From Salinarchaeum sp. (GTDB taxonomy: Archaea > Halobacteriota > Halobacteria > Halobacteriales > QS-1-68-20), in assembly GCA_007122875.1 (NCBI GenBank), contig SKSS01000095.1, positions 1 to 45,328 of the forward strand: DNA of 45,328 nt, read 5' to 3'. The number at the start of each line of letters is the position of its first letter. Position 1 is the first letter of the stretch. Made by a program: the position numbers and the translations under genes. The notes under the pieces are model-generated. The model was not told where the DNA came from. It was given only the letters and a program-made list of their open reading frames with translations, and searched no databases. Shown here one piece after another: positions 1 to 9,373 of this stretch.

Positions 1-1115
1 TAGAGCCGGACGCGTACTTTTCGGCGACAAAGATGGAGTGGTTGCTGTCGGAGGTCGACGGGATTCGCGCCCGCGCCGAGCACGGCGAGGTGTTGTTCGG
101 GACGGTCGACTCGTGGCTCGTCTACAAGCTGACGGGACGGCACGTGACGGACGTAACCAACGCCTCCCGGACGATGCTGTTCGATCTCGCCGACCTCTCG
201 TGGGACGAGGAGCTCCTCGACGAGTTCGACATTCCACGGGCGGCGCTTCCCGAGATTCGCCCGTCGATCGAGCCTGAGGGATACGGAACGACCGATCCCG
301 AGGGCGTTCTCGGCGCGGAGATTCCGGTTGCGGCCGCCCTCGGCGATCAACAGGCCGCGCTGTTCGGGCAGGCCTGCTTCGAGCCGGGAGACGCGAAAAA
401 CACCTACGGGACGGGCAGCTTCCTGCTGACGAACACGGGCACTGAGCCGGTACGGAGCGATCACGGACTGCTCACGACGGTCGCGTTTCAGCGGGTGGGC
501 GAGCGGCCCCGGTACGCGCTAGAGGGGGCGATCTTCGTGACCGGCGCGGCCATCGAGTGGCTCGCGGAGATCGATCTGATCGCCGACCCGGCCGAGAGCG
601 AGGAACTGGCCCGGCGGGTCGACGACACCGACGGCGTCTATTTCGTCCCGGCATTTCAGGGCCTCGGCGCGCCACAGTGGGACGGGCGTGCCCGCGGAAC
701 GATCGTCGGGCTGACCCGTGGCACCCGTCGAGAACACGTGGTACGTGCGGCCCTGGAGGGGATTGCGTTTCGGACCCGTGACGTCGTCGAGGCGATGGAA
801 ACCGACGCCGGAATCGAGATCGATCGACTGCGCGTCGACGGCGGGGCGATCCGCAACGACGAACTCTGTGCGATTCAGGCGAACGTTCTCGGCTCCGAGA
901 TCGTCCGTCCAACGGTGCAGGAGACGACGGCCGCCGGTGCGGCGTTCGCGGCTGGGCTGGCGGCTGGGGTCTGGGAGGGATACGACGATCTCCGGCGGAG
1001 CCAGCGAATCGACCGGACGTTCGAGCCCGACATCGATCCCGCGGTCGCCGAGACCCGGTACGAACGATGGATCGAGGCGGTCGAGCGTTCACGAGACTGG
1101 GCGCGAGAGGGATGA
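1..1115 (+). CDS. glpK: glycerol kinase, C-terminal ~370 aa (5' end outside window)
   Basis: Frame of track ORF 33..1115 stays open back to base 3 (..EPDAYFSATK-MEWLL..). FGGY carbohydrate-kinase signatures: GTVDSWLVYKLTG, LGDQQAALFGQ, NTYGTGSF, RVDGGA. Confidence 0.9.
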   Translation, partial: EPDAYFSATKMEWLLSEVDGIRARAEHGEVLFGTVDSWLVYKLTGRHVTDVTNASRTMLFDLADLSWDEELLDEFDIPRAALPEIRPSIEPEGYGTTDPEGVLGAEIPVAAALGDQQAALFGQACFEPGDAKNTYGTGSFLLTNTGTEPVRSDHGLLTTVAFQRVGERPRYALEGAIFVTGAAIEWLAEIDLIADPAESEELARRVDDTDGVYFVPAFQGLGAPQWDGRARGTIVGLTRGTRREHVVRAALEGIAFRTRDVVEAMETDAGIEIDRLRVDGGAIRNDELCAIQANVLGSEIVRPTVQETTAAGAAFAAGLAAGVWEGYDDLRRSQRIDRTFEPDIDPAVAETRYERWIEAVERSRDWAREG

Positions 1116-1193
1116 GGAGCCGTCTGTGTTCGATGAGTCGTCCATCGAGCACAACGTCACAGTTCACCCCGTCGAGATCAGGGCAATCAGCCT

Positions 1194-2030
1194 TCACTGG
1201 TCTGGGATCGGAGCCGACACTCCCGGCGGAACGACGATTCGCAAGACGCCAGCGGGTGCGAACGTGACCGCGGTTCCGACGGGGACGGTTCCGACGGCGC
1301 GGTCGTCGGCGTACAGCGTGACCTCGTAGTCGTCGCGGACGACCTGAAGGGAGAGCGATTCGGGTGGGACTACCCACCGATCGGGATTGACCGCGAACGG
1401 CGCGATCGGGACGACGGCGACGACGCCCGATCCCGGCGCGAGCAACGGGCCGCCGGCCGCGTGCGCGTACTCACTGCTTCCGGCCGGGGTGGCGACGACG
1501 ATGCCGTCGGCTCGAACGGCGTCGACGCGTTCGCCGTTTCGACCGAGTTCGAACTCGGAGATACGGGCGGGTTCGCTCGTCACGAGCGTCGCGTCGAACA
1601 GCGCACGGCCGGCCGGTTCGTCGCCGATCGCGATCCGGAGGATCGGACGCTCGACGAGGGGTGGATCGCCGTCCCGAAGCGATCCGAGCGCTTCGTCGAT
1701 GTCCCTCGCTGGCGTCGATGGGAGTCCCTCACCCGCATCGATGGGAAGGACGGGGATGCCGACCCCGCGGCGAGCGAGCGTGAGGAGCGCTCGCTCGCCG
1801 AGTGCGATGAGTACATCGGGGTCGGCGTCGAGCACCGTGTCGAGGTCGTCCGGGCCCGCTGTGTTCGCATCGGCGCGCCCCGTGACGCTGGAACCAACCG
1901 CCGTCACGCCCGCGCGCTCGGCGGCAGTTCGAAGGCTCCGCTCACCGAGCGTCCCCGCACCGTCGTCGACGGCGTTCGGGTAGCTGACGATCCCGATCCG
2001 GACGTCCGCGCCGTCGCCCTGTCGCTCCAT
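1194..2030 (-). CDS. NAD kinase family protein (divergent, GGDG motif degenerate)
   Basis: 278-aa ORF with ATG at 2030. NAD-kinase signature ATPAGSSEYAHAAGGPLL (cf. ATPTGSTAY..SAGGP). The position of GGDGT reads ALGERA. Confidence 0.65.
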   Translation of the reverse strand: MERQGDGADVRIGIVSYPNAVDDGAGTLGERSLRTAAERAGVTAVGSSVTGRADANTAGPDDLDTVLDADPDVLIALGERALLTLARRGVGIPVLPIDAGEGLPSTPARDIDEALGSLRDGDPPLVERPILRIAIGDEPAGRALFDATLVTSEPARISEFELGRNGERVDAVRADGIVVATPAGSSEYAHAAGGPLLAPGSGVVAVVPIAPFAVNPDRWVVPPESLSLQVVRDDYEVTLYADDRAVGTVPVGTAVTFAPAGVLRIVVPPGVSAPIPDQ

Positions 2031-2088
2031 CGGTGGAAGTGTGCGCGGGGCAGGTGAAAAGCCTCCGGGTTTCGAACGGCGGCTCTTC

Positions 2089-3402
2089 CTACTCGTCGTC
2101 GTACGGCCAGTCGCCGATGACCTTCATGCCCTCGGCTTTGTTCTGCTGTTCGAGCGCCCGCGCGATCTCCTCGGGTGCGCGGTGGGCGACCTCGAAGCCG
2201 TCGGCGGCGAGTTCGACGGTGAGATCGGCGAGCAGGATCGAGTGCGTCCTGAAGTCGCGCGAATCCACCTTATCGAGGGTGTCGGCGTGGGTGTGTCCCC
2301 AGCCCCGGCCCTGCTCGCCGGAGGCGCTGCTGGCGTGGTAGCCCGGAACGCCCCACTTCACGAACGGCCAGTGGTCGCTGTGTGGGCCCTGACGTGGGAC
2401 GGCGTGGATTGGGTGATCGAAGCGCTCCGAGACGGTCGCAGCGGCGTCTTCGAGTTCGGGGAAGCCGTGGGTCAGTAACTGGAGGTCGCGGGCCCTACCG
2501 ACCCCGTCGTTGTTGACGATCGCTTTGATCGCGTCGTGGTCCGTGCGGTCCGCGTAGTGGCTCGACCCGACGAGACCGACCTCCTCGGAACCGTACGCGA
2601 TGAAGTGAACGCGGGTGTCAAGTTCGTCCTCGCGCGCGGCGAGCGCCTCGGCGATTCCGACGAGGACGGCGGTGCCGGCCCCGTTGTCCATCGCCCCCTC
2701 CGCGATATCGTGGGCATCGACGTGGCTCGTCACCAGCACCTGCTCGTCGGTGTCCGGCCCGAGTTCGGCGTGGACGTTCCGGCTGGTCGCATCGTGAACC
2801 TCGGCGTCGACCTCGACGGTCACCTCCTCGCCGTCGTAGCGCCGGGCGAGACGTGCCCCGACCTCGCTACTGACGCCGACCGCAGGAATGTCGCCGATCG
2901 GGTCGTCGTTCGTCCCAACGCTCCCGGTCGGGGGAAGTTGCCCCTCGACGTGGTTGCGGTAAATGAACGCCACGGCTCCGCCCTCGACGGCGTAGTAGTA
3001 CTTCTCGCGTCGGTGGATGTACCGGTCGTGATGAGAGGGAACGTCGCTTCGGGCCATGACGACCTTGCCGTCCACGTCGGCGGCCTCGTACTCCTCGGGG
3101 GTTCCATAGCCGACGTCGACGAGTTCGGCCGTCGCCTCGTCGCTCGGACTTCGTGGGAGTGCGATGCAGTCTTGCTCGTCGCCGCCCGCGACGACCCGGC
3201 TCGAACCACGGGTCCACCCTTGAATGTCGTACTCCGAGAGGTGGGCGTTTCGTGCGCCGACGGACGCCAGCACGTCGCGGGTCGCCTCCGCACCGTTTCG
3301 TTCGCCCTCGCTGCCGGCCAGTCGGGGGCTGACGTCTACGAGCGTCTCCAGGAGGTCCATCGAGGTCGTGCTTGCGAACGCGTCGCCGATCCAGCGTGTC
3401 AT
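2089..3402 (-). CDS. M28 family metallo-aminopeptidase
   Basis: Acidic 437-aa product from the in-frame ATG at 3402 (Met210 of the 646-aa track ORF). M28 motifs SHVDAHD, MDNGAGTAVL, GSEEVGLVGS, HSDHWPF. The upstream 209 codons are Ser/Arg-rich and antisense to moaB. Confidence 0.8.
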   Translation of the reverse strand: MTRWIGDAFASTTSMDLLETLVDVSPRLAGSEGERNGAEATRDVLASVGARNAHLSEYDIQGWTRGSSRVVAGGDEQDCIALPRSPSDEATAELVDVGYGTPEEYEAADVDGKVVMARSDVPSHHDRYIHRREKYYYAVEGGAVAFIYRNHVEGQLPPTGSVGTNDDPIGDIPAVGVSSEVGARLARRYDGEEVTVEVDAEVHDATSRNVHAELGPDTDEQVLVTSHVDAHDIAEGAMDNGAGTAVLVGIAEALAAREDELDTRVHFIAYGSEEVGLVGSSHYADRTDHDAIKAIVNNDGVGRARDLQLLTHGFPELEDAAATVSERFDHPIHAVPRQGPHSDHWPFVKWGVPGYHASSASGEQGRGWGHTHADTLDKVDSRDFRTHSILLADLTVELAADGFEVAHRAPEEIARALEQQNKAEGMKVIGDWPYDDE

Positions 3403-3526
3403 GGGTGAGCAGATGCTGGCGGGTCGGTAAGGGGTTGGGAACGGGGAGGGGCTTACCGGGAGTCGGGAGGGATGACTGGGACCCAACGCTTCACGGCGAC
3501 GGAGCACGAAGCGCACTCGAAGCGAT

Positions 3527-4096
3527 ATGACCGACGAACTCCCACCGATCGAGGAGCGACGTTCCGAAGACCACCACGGCCACGACCTGATCGATCCGCT
3601 CGGGGTCGCGATCGTGACCGTCTCCTCGTCTCGAGCGGAAGCGGACGAAGAGGGCCACGAAGCCGAGGACCCCGGCGGCGACGAAATCGCCTCGATCCTC
3701 GACGCCGCCGGCCACGTGGTGACCGTGCGTGAACTCGTAGCGGACGACCACGTCCGTGTCGGATCGACCGTCAGCGCCCTGATCGACCGTGAGGACGTGA
3801 ACCTCGTGGTGACGACCGGCGGGACGGGTGTCACCCGCGACGACGTGTCCCCGGACGCCGTCTCCGAACTGTTCGATCGAACGCTCCCCGGCTTCGGCGA
3901 ACTCTTCCGGATGCTCTCATACGAGGAGGTCGGCTCGCGTGCGATGGCATCCCGGGCGACCGCCGGTATCGTCCGCGGGGTGCCGGTGTTCGTGCTTCCG
4001 GGCAGTGTCAACGCGGTTCGACTCGCCACCGAGGAGCTGATCGCTCCCGAGGCCCCGCACCTGGCCGGGCTAGCGACGCGTCATCGATTCGAGTGA
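3527..4096 (+). CDS. moaB: molybdenum cofactor biosynthesis protein B (MoaB/MogA family)
   Basis: 189 aa. MoaB/MogA motifs VAIVTVSSSR, LVVTTGGTGVTRDDVSPDAV, PVFVLPGS. Confidence 0.85.
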   Translation: MTDELPPIEERRSEDHHGHDLIDPLGVAIVTVSSSRAEADEEGHEAEDPGGDEIASILDAAGHVVTVRELVADDHVRVGSTVSALIDREDVNLVVTTGGTGVTRDDVSPDAVSELFDRTLPGFGELFRMLSYEEVGSRAMASRATAGIVRGVPVFVLPGSVNAVRLATEELIAPEAPHLAGLATRHRFE

Positions 4097-4215
4097 CCGG
4101 CGTCGGTTTCTTGGTCCTCCACCGCAGCACGCCCGTGTTGCCGGATTTGGTGGTCTGAACGCCCGTACTTCCGGATTCCCAAGGCTTACACCACTTCCGT
4201 GATAGTCCCGTCCGA

Positions 4216-6210
4216 GTGTCCGTGGTCAATCTTTCCCCAACACTTTCGGACGTACTGGACATCGAATATCCGGGTCCACCCGCGTGGTCCGACGACGGCG
4301 AGTTCCTCGCAACACTCGTCCACGTAGACGACGATCAGGTGCTGTTGATCGCCACCCCGGACGGCGACGCTGAGTGGCACGTTCACCCCGCCGGCGGCGT
4401 CACCGAGTTCGCGTGGTCGCCCACCGATCCTCGGCTCGTCGCGGCGACCGACGACGGCGAGGTGCTGGTCGTCGATCCGACGGAGCGAACGACCCGTCGA
4501 CTGACGTCCGCGCCCGGCGGAGACGCCGCCCTCACGTGGGGGCCCGACGGCGAACGGATCGCGTGCTACCGCGACGGCGTCCCGTGGGTGGTCCACGTCG
4601 ACGAGCCGGACGCCGAGGGGTTCGACGTACCCGAACGCGGGTCGTTTCTCGGCGAGGCGCGGATGTTCGCCTGGACCGATGAGGGGGACGCACTCGCCTA
4701 CCGATTCGTCGACCGTGACGCGAAGCAACTCGGCGTGATCGATCTCGACGATGGCTCGCTCGCGTGGCGAACCCGAACGCCTCGATCGAGTCACACCCCT
4801 GCCTGGATCGCCGACGGACGGCTCCTGTTCGAGCGAAACGGCGAGAAGGGAACGGTTCGACAGTTGATCGTCGCCGATACGGAACACGGTGAGGAGACGA
4901 TCTGCTACGAGGAGCGAGACGAGGAGCGGGGCACTGCCTCGCGGGGCGCGCCGAGCGTCTCCCCGGATGGCACCCGATTCGCGGTCGCACTTCCCGACGA
5001 CGGCTGGGAACACCTCTACCTGTTCGATCCCGGCCGGGGCGAACGTCGACAGCTCACCCGTGGCCGATTCGAGGACAAGGGACTCGCTGGATCGAGTCCG
5101 CAGTGGGTCGACGATCGGACGCTGGTGTTCGCCTCGAACCGGAACGGTCTCACTCACCGAGGGCTGTTCGCGTTCGACACCGAAATCGGCGAGACGCGAA
5201 CGATCGTGGATTCGGACGGGACGAACGTCCATCCGGCACCGTCACCTGACGGCACCCGGATCGCCTACGTCCACGCCGACCGGGAAGTCTCCCCTGAGAT
5301 CCGGGTGTCGTCGATAGCCGACGACGGCGAAGAACCGATCTGCGTCACCCGATCGACCGTTCGCGACTGGGAGACGCCGCCGATCGAGCCCGAACCGGTG
5401 CAGTTCGAGGGGCCGGACGGACTGGAGATCGACGGATTCGTCCTCGATCCGCGGGACCATCCCGCCGTCGACGACGACGCGACGGACCTCCCCGGCGTAG
5501 TGTACGTCCACGGCGGGCCGATGCGCCAGATGCGCGACGGCTGGCATCCCGGCCGGTCGTACGGGATCGCCTATGCGGTCCAGCAGTACCTCGCGGCGCG
5601 AGGCTACGCGGGGATTCTGGTCAACTATCGGGGCGGAATCGGCTACGGCAAAGAGTTCAGACAGGCGATCGCCGGGTCACGCGGCCACGAGGAGATCGAA
5701 GACTGCGTCCGGGCCGGTGAGTTCCTCGGCGAGCAACCCTACGTCGACGAGGACTCGATCGCCATCTGGGGGCTGTCCTACGGCGGCTACGCGACCCTCC
5801 AGTCGCTCGGGACCCATCCGGATGCGTTCGCCGTTGGGGTCAACCTCGCGGGGCTGGCCGATCTGGCGAACTACCGGGAGTGGGCCTGCGACACCAAGTC
5901 TCCCGAGGAGGCCTCCGCACAGACGGTCACGCTCGGCGGTGCGCCCGACGAAGCGCCGGAGGCGTGGGCGGAGGCAAGCCCCATGACTCACATGGAGCGC
6001 TATGAGTCGCCGCTGTACAACTTCCACGGAACCGCCGACGCCTACGTGAACGTCGACCAACTCGACATCGTCGTCGATCGCCTGCTCGAACTCGACAAGG
6101 AGTTCGAAGCTGAATACTACCCGGACGAAAATCACGTCTTCCGCAAGCGGTCCGTCTGGCGGCGCACGATCGAGAAGATGGAATCGGCGTTCGACGAGCA
6201 CCTCCGGTAG
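4216..6210 (+). CDS. S9 family serine peptidase (prolyl oligopeptidase / acylaminoacyl-peptidase type)
   Basis: 664 aa, GTG start. N-terminal beta-propeller-like repeats (SPDG.., W.PDG..). C-terminal alpha/beta hydrolase with GLSYGGY nucleophile elbow, then Asp (GTADAYV) and His (DENHVF). Confidence 0.85.
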   Translation: MSVVNLSPTLSDVLDIEYPGPPAWSDDGEFLATLVHVDDDQVLLIATPDGDAEWHVHPAGGVTEFAWSPTDPRLVAATDDGEVLVVDPTERTTRRLTSAPGGDAALTWGPDGERIACYRDGVPWVVHVDEPDAEGFDVPERGSFLGEARMFAWTDEGDALAYRFVDRDAKQLGVIDLDDGSLAWRTRTPRSSHTPAWIADGRLLFERNGEKGTVRQLIVADTEHGEETICYEERDEERGTASRGAPSVSPDGTRFAVALPDDGWEHLYLFDPGRGERRQLTRGRFEDKGLAGSSPQWVDDRTLVFASNRNGLTHRGLFAFDTEIGETRTIVDSDGTNVHPAPSPDGTRIAYVHADREVSPEIRVSSIADDGEEPICVTRSTVRDWETPPIEPEPVQFEGPDGLEIDGFVLDPRDHPAVDDDATDLPGVVYVHGGPMRQMRDGWHPGRSYGIAYAVQQYLAARGYAGILVNYRGGIGYGKEFRQAIAGSRGHEEIEDCVRAGEFLGEQPYVDEDSIAIWGLSYGGYATLQSLGTHPDAFAVGVNLAGLADLANYREWACDTKSPEEASAQTVTLGGAPDEAPEAWAEASPMTHMERYESPLYNFHGTADAYVNVDQLDIVVDRLLELDKEFEAEYYPDENHVFRKRSVWRRTIEKMESAFDEHLR

Positions 6211-6270
6211 AGCCCGTCATCGGCCGGTTTCGTACTCGTTACCCACTACGGCCGTTCCCCCCATCCGGGA

Positions 6271-6382
6271 CATCCACCCGCAGACGTTCACTCACGGCCA
6301 TCCACCCGCAGACGTTCACTCACGGCCATCCACCCGCAGACGTTCACTCACGGCCATCCACCCGCAGACGTCCACTCACAGC
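6271..6382. repeat. tandem direct repeat, 4 x 28 bp (catccacccgcagacgttcactcacggc)
   Basis: Copies at 6271-6298, 6299-6326 and 6327-6354 are identical. The copy at 6355-6382 has 2 substitutions. Head-to-tail with no spacers, and the unit length is not a multiple of 3. Confidence 0.95.
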
Positions 6383-6713
6383 CGACCCACTGAACGGGCC
6401 GAACGGGACGAGGATCACGGCGATTCAGCGAATCGGGCTGTTTTGCGACTGTTTGAGAATCCGTTTGCTTCCAGGACGACCGTTTCGTTACCACATCGTT
6501 CTGACGACGATCGTCGTATAAACCGCTTCGCTGGCAGATGGTAGCACACTATCGACGGTGACGATTCTTCGATGACGTTCCCGAAAACCGGTCAAATTCT
6601 GAAGAACCGTATCTACCAACGGGATAAAACCGAAGATTCCTGTGAGAAGAACGGATTTGAGAATCACTTATCTACCTAACCCTCGTTTCCACTGTTGAAC
6701 CTTCGGTGGTTGA

Positions 6714-7766
6714 ATGGCAAGTCTGCCACAAAATATCAAATCAGCGATGGACGTGGACGGGTCGGACTCGACCGCAATGAGTCGCGAGGAACTCGTCGAG
6801 TGCTACCGTCTCCAGGTGCTCGCCCGAACCTTCGACGAGAAGGCGGTTTCCCTGCACCGGCAGGGCCGAATCGGGACGTACGCTCCGCTCGCGGGCCACG
6901 AGGCGACACAGGTCGGCGCGGCGATGGCGCTCTCGCCCGAGGACTACTGTTTTCCGACCTATCGCGATCACGCCATCTACCTCGCCCGTGGCGTCGACCT
7001 CGCGTCCGTACTCACCCACCTCCGGGGGGCGGGCAACTACGTCGACCGGGCGGATCCGGAGACCGTCCGGACGTTCCCGCCGACGATTCCGATCGCCACC
7101 CACCTGCCACACGCCGTTGGCGTGGGGATGGCGGCCGACTATCACGACGATGACGTGGTCGCACTGGCGAGTTTCGGCGACGGAGCCACCAGTGAGGGGG
7201 ACTTCCACGAGGCGCTGAACTTCGCGGGTGTGTTCGACGCCCCGGTGGTGTTTCTCTGCCAGAACAACGGCTACGCGATCAGCACGCCCTTCGAACGCCA
7301 AACGGCCAGCGAGTCGATCGCGATCAAAGCCGACGCGTACGGCATCGAGGGGGTTCGCGTCGATGGAACGGACCTCCTCGCGGTCTACGAAACCGTCTCC
7401 GAGGCACTCGCTCGCGCTGGCGACGGCGACGGCCCGACGCTCGTGGAGGCGGTCGCGTACCGCACGGGGGCTCACACCACTACGGACGACCCGACGAAAT
7501 ACCGGGACGAGTCCGAAGCCGAAGAATGGCCTGATCCAAACGAGCGGACCCGTCAGTATCTGGTCGACGCGCACGGCTGGACTGACGAGGCGGACGCGCA
7601 GGTCCACGAGTGGGCCGACGACCGCGTCCAGCACGCGGTCGAGGAGGCCGAAACCGCCGACCCGTACGATCTCGACGACGCCTTCGAGAACGTCTACGCA
7701 CGGCCACCGGCGTCGGTACTCGAACAGCGTGAGGAAGTCGTAGACGATCCGTCCGTTCGACGGTAG
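6714..7766 (+). CDS. TPP-dependent 2-oxoacid (pyruvate/branched-chain) dehydrogenase E1 component, alpha subunit
   Basis: 350 aa. E1-alpha motifs YRDHA, FGDGATSEGDFHEALNFA, VVFLCQNNGYAIS, YRTGAHTTTDDP. No E1-beta or E2 gene follows. Confidence 0.85.
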   Translation: MASLPQNIKSAMDVDGSDSTAMSREELVECYRLQVLARTFDEKAVSLHRQGRIGTYAPLAGHEATQVGAAMALSPEDYCFPTYRDHAIYLARGVDLASVLTHLRGAGNYVDRADPETVRTFPPTIPIATHLPHAVGVGMAADYHDDDVVALASFGDGATSEGDFHEALNFAGVFDAPVVFLCQNNGYAISTPFERQTASESIAIKADAYGIEGVRVDGTDLLAVYETVSEALARAGDGDGPTLVEAVAYRTGAHTTTDDPTKYRDESEAEEWPDPNERTRQYLVDAHGWTDEADAQVHEWADDRVQHAVEEAETADPYDLDDAFENVYARPPASVLEQREEVVDDPSVRR

Positions 7767-7806
7767 CGTTCGCCCCTCGTCACCGCCGGCCGGTCGGCGA
7801 AAACAG

Positions 7807-8064
7807 TTAGAGCGTTCCTTCGGCTTTCAGCCCCTCGATCACGTCGTCGACGAGCGACTCGACGTCCTCGTAGGGGAACTCCTGGTGACTGCTCAGCTTG
7901 GTCGCCAGCTCCATCGCCGTGAGCTGTACGTCGCCAGCCTCGAAGCGGGTGCTCGGACCGTTCGGAAGTGCGGGGACGAGTTCCATCTGGTTGTTGACCG
8001 GATAGTCGGCCCCTTCGAACGCCTCGGTGAACTGCTCGCGAAGTTCCTCGGTTTCGTCTGCCAT
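7807..8064 (-). CDS. MTH865-like family protein
   Basis: 85 aa from ATG 8064 (MADETEELREQFTEAFEGADYPV..PALPNGPSTRFEAGD..MEL..). Resembles the small conserved archaeal MTH865 family. Confidence 0.65.
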   Translation of the reverse strand: MADETEELREQFTEAFEGADYPVNNQMELVPALPNGPSTRFEAGDVQLTAMELATKLSSHQEFPYEDVESLVDDVIEGLKAEGTL

Positions 8065-8211
8065 GGTAGCTACCAGTCCCACTGCCGGCAAAAACGTTCT
8101 GGAACGACGAGAAACGAAGGGCTGGTTTACCGCGATTATTACCGACTCGGTGTCACGGCCGTCGCCCGAGCGGTCCGCACACCTTTATCCGGGTACGCCC
8201 TACGCGGACAC

Positions 8212-9348
8212 ATGCGGATCGCCGTCCTCGGGGCTGGGTACGCCGGCCTCACGCTGGCCCGCCGACTCGAACGGACCCTCCCGACAGACGTCGACCTGAC
8301 GGTCGTCGACGACACCGGCGACCACCTCGTCCAGCACGAACTCCACCGGGTCGTCCGGCGTCCGTCCCTCGCCGAGGGAATCACCGTCCCGCTGTGCAAT
8401 GTCCTCGATCGTGCCGAGATCGTTGAGGCACGCGTCACCGGTGTCGACCCGGACGCCAAGCGAGTTTCGTTGGCGGGCCGCCCCCCGCTCTCGTACGACG
8501 TGGCGGCCGTCTGCCTCGGAGCCGTCACGAACTTCTTCGATCTCCCCGGCGTCGCCGAGCACGCGACGCCGCTAAAGCGCGTCCCACACGCCCGAACGAT
8601 CCGGGCAGACTTTCTCGACGTGCTCGACGGAGGGGGCCGAACCGTCGTCGGCGGGGCGGGGCTCTCCGGCGTGCAGGTCGCGGGCGAACTCGTCGAACTG
8701 GCTCGCGAGGCGGACGCCGACGCGGAGATCGTCCTGCTCGAACGGGAAGACGAGGTCATCCCCGGTTTCCCGCCCGAATTTCGACGGGCGGTCCGCGACG
8801 AGTTGGTTGAGCGGGGCGTGAGCGTTCAAACGGATCGGACGGTCGTGGGGGCGACCGAGGACGCGGTACGGCTGGGCGAAGGCAGTGAGCTTCGATACGA
8901 CCAGCTGATCTGGACCGGCGGGATCTGTGGACCAACGGCGTTGAACGGCCATCGGCCGCTCGTCCGTGACACGCTCGCGGTAGACGACCGTCGGACGTTC
9001 GTCGTGGGGGACGCCGCTCGCATCGTCGATGCCGACGGGGAGGCAGTCCCGGCGAGTTCACAGTCGGCGATTCGGGCGGCGAGGGCGGTCGCTCGGAGCA
9101 TCACATCGATCGTCGAATACGAGCGGAACGGCGGGCTGTTCGAGCCCCGCCCCGAACCGTTCGTCTTCGACTCGCCGGGCTGGCTCGTGAGCGTGGGTGA
9201 CGGGGCCGTCGGGCTGGTCGGTGGACAGGTCGTTCGAGGACCGCCGGCCCTGGCGCTCAAAGCGACCGTCGGGGGTGGCTACCTGTCGTCTGTCGGTGCG
9301 GTGACGAACGCGGTCGAGTTGGTCTACGAGGAGCTTGGAATCGGGTAA
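8212..9348 (+). CDS. type II NADH dehydrogenase-like FAD/NAD(P) oxidoreductase
   Basis: 378 aa from the in-frame ATG at 8212 (MRIAVLGAGYAGLTLARRL). Second Rossmann motif VVGGAGLSGVQVAGEL, then FVVGDAA. The upstream part of track ORF 7885.. is antisense to the MTH865-like gene. Confidence 0.8.
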   Translation: MRIAVLGAGYAGLTLARRLERTLPTDVDLTVVDDTGDHLVQHELHRVVRRPSLAEGITVPLCNVLDRAEIVEARVTGVDPDAKRVSLAGRPPLSYDVAAVCLGAVTNFFDLPGVAEHATPLKRVPHARTIRADFLDVLDGGGRTVVGGAGLSGVQVAGELVELAREADADAEIVLLEREDEVIPGFPPEFRRAVRDELVERGVSVQTDRTVVGATEDAVRLGEGSELRYDQLIWTGGICGPTALNGHRPLVRDTLAVDDRRTFVVGDAARIVDADGEAVPASSQSAIRAARAVARSITSIVEYERNGGLFEPRPEPFVFDSPGWLVSVGDGAVGLVGGQVVRGPPALALKATVGGGYLSSVGAVTNAVELVYEELGIG

Positions 9349-9373
9349 GCGCTCGGCGTGTCCAGTGTCCCAA

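Noticed and set aside
2089-4029. 646-aa ORF as the full M28 peptidase
   Set aside because: The first 209 codons are Ser/Arg/Pro-rich, lack peptidase similarity and run antisense across moaB. The acidic, motif-bearing protein starts at the internal ATG at 3402.
6271-6382. Possible CRISPR array (28-bp repeats)
   Set aside because: The copies are directly abutting with no spacers. There are only four units and no cas genes or leader. It is a tandem repeat, not a CRISPR.
6572-6679. 35-aa ORF (MTFPKTGQILKNRIYQRDKTEDSCEKNGFENHLST) in the AT-rich spacer
   Set aside because: It is short, basic and unlike the acidic proteome of this organism, and I can see no supporting signal. It is noted only as a possibility within the unexplained region.
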